Position numbers and translations under genes: made by a program
The notes under the pieces: model-generated
Databases searched by the model: none
What the model was told of the DNA's origin: nothing
Seen by the model: only the letters and a program-made list of their open reading frames with translations
Part shown: positions 59,582 to 64,000 of the stretch, piece by piece
Layout of the letters: each line of letters begins with the position of its first letter
Position numbering within the stretch: position 1 is the first letter of the stretch
Assembly (NCBI GenBank): GCA_018817585.1
Contig: JAHITE010000081.1
Location: 68,549-132,548 of the forward strand
From: Candidatus Omnitrophota bacterium
GTDB taxonomy: Bacteria > Omnitrophota > Gorgyraeia > B26-G9
Reading direction: 5' to 3'
Length of the DNA: 64,000 bases

Positions 59582-61195
59582 CTATTGGTTGAGGAGTTTT
59601 TCTTTAAGCAATCTGATCTCTTTCTTAAGTTCAAGCATTTTCAATTCTCTGTCAACTGCTATTTTATTAAATCTAGTAAGTTTAATGTTCTGCTGATCAA
59701 GTTCTATGGTTCTTTCTTCTACTATCTTATTAAATTTAGTAAGTTCTAGATTCTTACGATTAAGTTCTGCTGTTCTTTCTTCTACTATCTTCTCAATTTT
59801 TTCTCTTTCATTTCGCGATTCAAGCATCAAACTGCTGTATAATAAAGAATTTTTCATAAAAACACCCACGCTTTTACCAACTCCACTCAGGAATCTTAAA
59901 TCATAATCACCATATAATTTAAGATTTTCTTTTTTCCCCATGCAAAGAAATCCAAGTACTTCATTTTTAACTATTATCGGAACTAATAATTCAATATCAT
60001 TATCCAACATCCAATTCTCTAAGTTTCTATCATTTTCATTTCTGCCTTTTATGATTATCTCCTTATTCTCAAGAAAAATCCGGAATAATTCATCGTTCAT
60101 ATCAAACAAAACATCGCCTTCCTTTAATTTGCTAAGATTCTTACTGCCAGAAACAATGAACGCGCCATTTGTAATAATTAGCAAACCCAAACCTTTTGGG
60201 TATAATGTATTATTAATACAAATAAGCAGGGGATGACTAATTTCTTTTAACTCAATTTTGGATGAAACCGTTTCTACTAAAGATATAATCGCTTTATCAT
60301 AATCATAGGCTCTTTTGTGAAAAAAATGGTCAATCTTCGGCTGGATTTTTTCCTTTATCCAAGAGAACAGGTAAAAACACCCTAAAGCCAATAATGTTAT
60401 ATTAACCAGACTCAATGACCTTAACCAGTCCCTTATCAAAAAGATACTAATAAGAAAAGGAATCATCAGGCAAACTGAGACTATTACCCAAGCAATAGTC
60501 TTATGCGCGATTGTCTCAATACCCATAAATCCATAGTTAATGATAACGTAACCATAGAAAGCAGTCCAAAAAGGAATAATCATCCATGCGCCATGCAATG
60601 GAATATTAAACGCTACTAACCACTCCAACATCCCAAAAATTACTAATCCATATAATATGGTCAGGATTTTTAATTGTTCTTTTTTTAAAGCAACTGTTTC
60701 TTTTTTATATTCACGATAAAAGAGTACCACGACATATCCTGTAATTATTAGAAACTTAAGCATCCCAAATAGCAGAAAATAGGAAAATAACGGCATGCCT
60801 TTCCACACTATCCCCACATTTTGGATAGCAGTCGCGCCTTTTCCTATCCCGTCATACAGCCAGACAAAAACAACTTCCGTAATGCTGATCGCGTACAGCC
60901 CAAGCAATAAATTAATTTTCTTTCTAAACATACGCACGAAATAATGATAAAACGCTACAGAAGTAAACGGCACACTTATATAGGCAATCCTAAACCATAA
61001 TAAAGACACTGTAAAATCCTCAAAGAAGTACATTGAAAACGCGTTTGCCCCAAACCAAAACCCCAGAACAAAATTCATAAAAAAAAATATCCTAAAGAGT
61101 TTTGATTTTGGATTTTTTAAAAATACAAAAAATCCAATTAAAAAACAAAGAACCGCCGCGGTGATCGAACCATAAAAATGAATTTGTGCAATCAT
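59582..61195 (-). CDS. membrane sensor protein (HisKA_7TM-like plus GAF plus coiled coil) with no kinase domain
   Basis: About 9 TM helices, IQPKIDHFF, GAF-like LLVPI...LGFLCMGKK...YGDYDLRFL, ends DRELKMLELKKEI. Confidence 0.75.
   Translation of the reverse strand: MIAQIHFYGSITAAVLCFLIGFFVFLKNPKSKLFRIFFFMNFVLGFWFGANAFSMYFFEDFTVSLLWFRIAYISVPFTSVAFYHYFVRMFRKKINLLLGLYAISITEVVFVWLYDGIGKGATAIQNVGIVWKGMPLFSYFLLFGMLKFLIITGYVVVLFYREYKKETVALKKEQLKILTILYGLVIFGMLEWLVAFNIPLHGAWMIIPFWTAFYGYVIINYGFMGIETIAHKTIAWVIVSVCLMIPFLISIFLIRDWLRSLSLVNITLLALGCFYLFSWIKEKIQPKIDHFFHKRAYDYDKAIISLVETVSSKIELKEISHPLLICINNTLYPKGLGLLIITNGAFIVSGSKNLSKLKEGDVLFDMNDELFRIFLENKEIIIKGRNENDRNLENWMLDNDIELLVPIIVKNEVLGFLCMGKKENLKLYGDYDLRFLSGVGKSVGVFMKNSLLYSSLMLESRNEREKIEKIVEERTAELNRKNLELTKFNKIVEERTIELDQQNIKLTRFNKIAVDRELKMLELKKEIRLLKEKLLNQ
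59664..59789. repeat. 63-bp (21-aa) in-frame tandem duplication
   Basis: IVEERTAELNRKNLELTKFNK / IVEERTIELDQQNIKLTRFNK; DNA units start at 59664 and 59727. Confidence 0.8.
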
Positions 61196-61439
61196 ATATT
61201 TAATAATCCTTTTTTATAACCAGTTGATCGGGGTGTTTTCTTTTTCAACCACTGATCCTCTTTCAATAACTCCGCTACTCTATTGACTCAATGAGTTCCT
61301 GTTCTTAAAAAAAATATTTTATTACCTTATACTGGCCCACTGCCAATGGATAGTAGGGCTGAAGGAAAAAAGCGAAAAAAAGGGATAGTTGTTCTAATTT
61401 TTTAAGGGTATACTCTTCTTCAACCGAGTATTAATTACA

Positions 61440-61565
61440 TCAAAAAATCCCCAAATAATAAATGCCAAAATCTTCTTCATAATGAAATATCCACTGCTTA
61501 TTATTTCCTCTTGTCAGTACTTGGAATATTCCATAATCAGTACATATACTTGCTGCGCTGGGCAT
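61440..61565 (-). pseudogene. N-terminal fragment of a Y1 (IS200/RAYT-like) transposase
   Basis: Manual translation MPSAASICTDYGIFQVLTRGNNKQWIFHYEEDFGIYYLGIF* matches the MPR..R....HV..RGNN.Q.IF..D.D pattern; stops before the HUH motif. Confidence 0.7.
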
Positions 61566-61601
61566 AAAAAAATCTTCTTGAATTTCTTTTCTTTCAAGAA
61601 G

Positions 61602-61630
61602 ATTATATCAACTTCTCTTTCCTCTGTCAA
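61602..61630 (-). promoter_or_regulatory. perfect-consensus sigma70 promoter
   Basis: Minus strand TTGACA-N17-TATAAT with extended -10 TG. Confidence 0.8.
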
Positions 61631-61714
61631 TTGAATCGGTAGCAGGACATACTCTAACTATTCCCCGTCCCTTTTTTTCCACACCTTCTTTGTTATATAA
61701 CCAATTGCAATGAA

Positions 61715-62839
61715 TTATATTGCCTGGCTAATAATCATTAACAAGTTAACATCAGTCGCCAGCATCCCTTTTTCGATTATTACAAGATGATTACTTCTAT
61801 TTATTCTATCTATTGCGCTGTCTCCCCTTTTTATTTTAGAAGCCTTCAACTGATTAGACTGAGGTACTTTCCAAACATATGGTCCACTATCTTTCAAAAG
61901 GCTATAAACCGGGTGTAAATAACCTGATTTTGGATACACATCAGGATAGGGTTTACGGCTGTTCTCATCACCATTATTTTCTGGAGTTTCTTTTAATGAA
62001 AATGCATACGCGATTAAGAGCAACATGAAACATATAGCCGATATAATAAACATAAAAACAGAAACAGTCTTAGGGAATTTAAATTGAACAGCGTAAAAAT
62101 TAGCTTTAAAACCTCCAATTTCAAATAAAGCATCCCCCACTGATTCCAATCTATAATAATCATAGTCCCTGTTTGCCATCAAGACTTTACCTCTCGCGAT
62201 CAACGGCTCTACTGCCCGAGCATCCCCGATCTCGCCTAAAAGCACAGTAGCCCAATAACGAATATTCCCATTCGCATGTCGCAATGCCTCAATACCTAAT
62301 TCTACCGCGTTATCTATTTTTATTGCTTCTCGAATATTACGTTGATATAGATAAAGATAAAATCTGCTCCTTGGATCACCATTTCTACTTAATGCTTCCG
62401 CGGCTTTGTCTCTGTTCCACCTCCATTCATTCGATAATCCTTCGATCTGATCATTAACAGTTTTAGTAATGTCTATATCGGAAGGATATTTTCTCAGATA
62501 TTTCTTTTCTGATTCAAGAGTAGTCGGAATCATCAAAAAGCTTAGCATTAGCATCAAAACAGCCGCAACTTTAATTAAGTTATGTCTAGCCTGTGATCTT
62601 TTAGAAGAAATGCTTTTGGAATCAACAACATTTTCAGGATTTGGCAACTTCTGTTTGCAGATAATTTTAAAATTATGCATTAACTGATCATTATTTAGTT
62701 TTAGTGCCGAAGCCAAGCACTCTTTATTTACAAAACTAGTTACTTCTCCTCCTGCCCAGGCAACATCAAGCAATAAAAATGAATTGATGAGCATAAACGA
62801 GATTACCTTAAACCATAGACCCTTGTTGCACCTATTCAT
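61715..62839 (-). CDS. HEAT-repeat (PBS lyase-like) membrane protein with N-terminal leader
   Basis: Signal-like KVISFMLINSFLLLDVAWA, two further TM helices flanking RDKAAEALSRNGDPR and IRYWATVLLGEIGDARAVEPLI repeats. Confidence 0.75.
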   Translation of the reverse strand: MNRCNKGLWFKVISFMLINSFLLLDVAWAGGEVTSFVNKECLASALKLNNDQLMHNFKIICKQKLPNPENVVDSKSISSKRSQARHNLIKVAAVLMLMLSFLMIPTTLESEKKYLRKYPSDIDITKTVNDQIEGLSNEWRWNRDKAAEALSRNGDPRSRFYLYLYQRNIREAIKIDNAVELGIEALRHANGNIRYWATVLLGEIGDARAVEPLIARGKVLMANRDYDYYRLESVGDALFEIGGFKANFYAVQFKFPKTVSVFMFIISAICFMLLLIAYAFSLKETPENNGDENSRKPYPDVYPKSGYLHPVYSLLKDSGPYVWKVPQSNQLKASKIKRGDSAIDRINRSNHLVIIEKGMLATDVNLLMIISQAI

Positions 62840-62945
62840 AACCTATCTCCTGAATACAAATTAAGCTTCTTTTTAAAGCAGATAAAAAGGATTTTTAAGT
62901 GTACCACAAGGCGCCGGATATTGCAAACTTGGAAACGGGGCCGCA

Positions 62946-63012
62946 TTGACTCACATTAAATGTTACCGAAAGAAAATTTTAAAGTATTCGTTGACTCATA
63001 AATAATGTTACC
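62946..63012 (+). repeat. two 22-bp direct repeats (45-bp period) at the IS left end
   Basis: ttgactcacattaaatgttacc (62946) and ttgactcataaataatgttacc (62991), 18 of 22 identical. Confidence 0.75.
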
Positions 63013-63015
63013 CAA

Positions 63016-63043
63016 ATAATAACCCCTGAAAGGGGGTTATTAT
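63016..63043 (+). promoter_or_regulatory. hairpin covering the transposase ribosome-binding site
   Basis: ataataacccc-tgaaag-ggggttattat, 11-bp perfect stem ending 1 nt before ATG 63045. Confidence 0.65.
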
Positions 63044-63044
63044 C

Positions 63045-64000
63045 ATGACATTAGGAGCTAAAATGGAATATCTTAACAGTATTTTCTTACGGTACAAAAA
63101 AGCAAATCGTAAACAAAAAAGCGTTATTCTTAATGAATTCTGCGCTAATTGCGGATATCATCGCAAACATGCTATTCGCGTACTCAGAACCTTTAAGCGT
63201 TTTGCCAAACCTAAGCTTAAAAAACGAGGCAAACATTCAATATATAACACCCCTGCGCTTATCCTGCCCCTTAAACGCATCTGGCTGGCGGCTCATTTAC
63301 CCTGCTCAAAGAATCTTAAAGCTGTTTTACCTATTTGGCTGCCTTTTTACGCCGAAGAATTCGAACCCTTAGCTCAACATGTATTCGATTTATTAACACG
63401 TATTTCTGCCAGTACCATTGATAGAATATTAAAACCCATTAAAATAAAATACCGCGGCAGGGGCAAATCATGTACTAAACCAGGCTCTCTTTTACGTAAC
63501 CAAATTCCAATAAAAACTGATCAATGGAATGAATTTCGTCCCGGCTTTATTGAAGCCGATACCGTCCACCACTGCGGAGAATCAACTGAAGGTCAATATG
63601 CTATCACCGTTAATTACACTGATATTGCCTCTCAGTGGACAGAACAACGCGCTGTCTGGGGTAAAGGCCAGCAAGGCGTCTTTAAACAAACTAAAAAGGT
63701 CGAAAAATCTCTGCCCTTTGCTATCTTAGGCTTTGACTGCGATAACGGTGGCGAACTGCTTAATTTACATATCTTTAAATATTTTACCGGCCGTAAGACT
63801 GGCTCCGTTCAATATACCCGTTCCCGGGCTTACAAGAAAAACGATAACTCTCATATCGAACAGAAAAACTGGACCCATGTCCGTCAATGGCTTGGCTATT
63901 CGCGCTTTGATAATCCAAAAGTTGTTATGCTCATCAATGGCCTTTACACCTCAGAATGGCGCTTCTATCATAACTTCTTTTGCCCTTCGGTTAAGCTAAT
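63045..64000 (+). CDS. DDE integrase-core (rve-like) transposase, runs off the right edge; absent from ORF track
   Basis: Manual translation MTLGAKMEYLNSIFLRYKKANRKQKSVILNEFCANCGYHRKHAIR...PGFIEADTVHHCG...TDIASQWTE...GFDCDNGGE...RSRAYKKNDNSHIEQKN; alternative start at 63063. Confidence 0.9.
   Translation, partial: MTLGAKMEYLNSIFLRYKKANRKQKSVILNEFCANCGYHRKHAIRVLRTFKRFAKPKLKKRGKHSIYNTPALILPLKRIWLAAHLPCSKNLKAVLPIWLPFYAEEFEPLAQHVFDLLTRISASTIDRILKPIKIKYRGRGKSCTKPGSLLRNQIPIKTDQWNEFRPGFIEADTVHHCGESTEGQYAITVNYTDIASQWTEQRAVWGKGQQGVFKQTKKVEKSLPFAILGFDCDNGGELLNLHIFKYFTGRKTGSVQYTRSRAYKKNDNSHIEQKNWTHVRQWLGYSRFDNPKVVMLINGLYTSEWRFYHNFFCPSVKL

Larger units (their letters stand above)
61374..61679. mobile_element. 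internally deleted Y1/RAYT-like element bounded by 12-bp inverted repeats
   Basis: gaaaaaaaggga (61374-61385) and tccctttttttc (61668-61679) flank a promoter and a transposase fragment. Confidence 0.5.
62946..64000 (+). mobile_element. insertion sequence (rve-type DDE, family uncertain), left part
   Basis: Intact transposase frame plus subterminal direct repeats; exact terminus not resolved. Confidence 0.75.

Noticed and set aside
59452-59634. 60-aa minus-strand ORF overlapping the sensor gene end, as a possible frameshifted kinase domain
   Set aside because: No H-box or ATPase motifs and too short
2415-62687. Numerous short plus-strand and off-frame ORFs in the track
   Set aside because: They lie within well-supported minus-strand genes and have no recognisable motifs or ribosome-binding sites
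62840-62945. GC-richer intergenic stretch as tRNA or ncRNA
   Set aside because: No cloverleaf, T-loop or CCA end; more likely part of the IS terminus
62946-63012. Direct repeats as a mini CRISPR array
   Set aside because: Only two imperfect 22-bp copies, no cas genes, and they sit at a transposase end
63133-63999. Three plus-strand ORFs suggesting a fragmented gene
   Set aside because: They are alternate frames; the transposase frame from 63045 reads open to the window edge

Overview
AT-rich bacterial chromosomal segment, almost entirely encoded on the minus strand. Gene style suggests an uncultured anaerobe such as Candidatus Omnitrophota (inference, not verified). In order along the window: truncated mtaB and rsmE; a type IV pilus locus (two tandem pilins with a conserved 3Cys+His set, pilC, a sigma54 two-component system, pilB, two pilT) with a sigma54 promoter ahead of the pilins; a surface-glycan locus (asnB-like amidotransferase, GT4, B12 radical SAM, GT2-GT4 fusion, GT2s, a GT29 sialyltransferase-like protein, a pyruvyltransferase-like protein, Wzm/Wzt, Trm112); a small accessory patch (deaminase, GIY-YIG-like protein, internally deleted pseudogene, thpR); housekeeping genes (pgpA, pgsA, rimO, ftsK, dut, pnp, rpsO, def, trxB); a MoxR-DUF58 operon whose third gene has a low-complexity region in place of the usual transglutaminase; a one-carbon/pantothenate run (fchA-like, folD with K54Q, flavoprotein, split metH, panB, panE); an SGNH-TPR protein, a ChrB-like protein and an Fe(III) ABC transporter; and an accessory right end (sensor with no output domain, Y1 transposase remnant, HEAT-repeat membrane protein, DDE transposase). 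No rRNA, tRNA or CRISPR array was seen.
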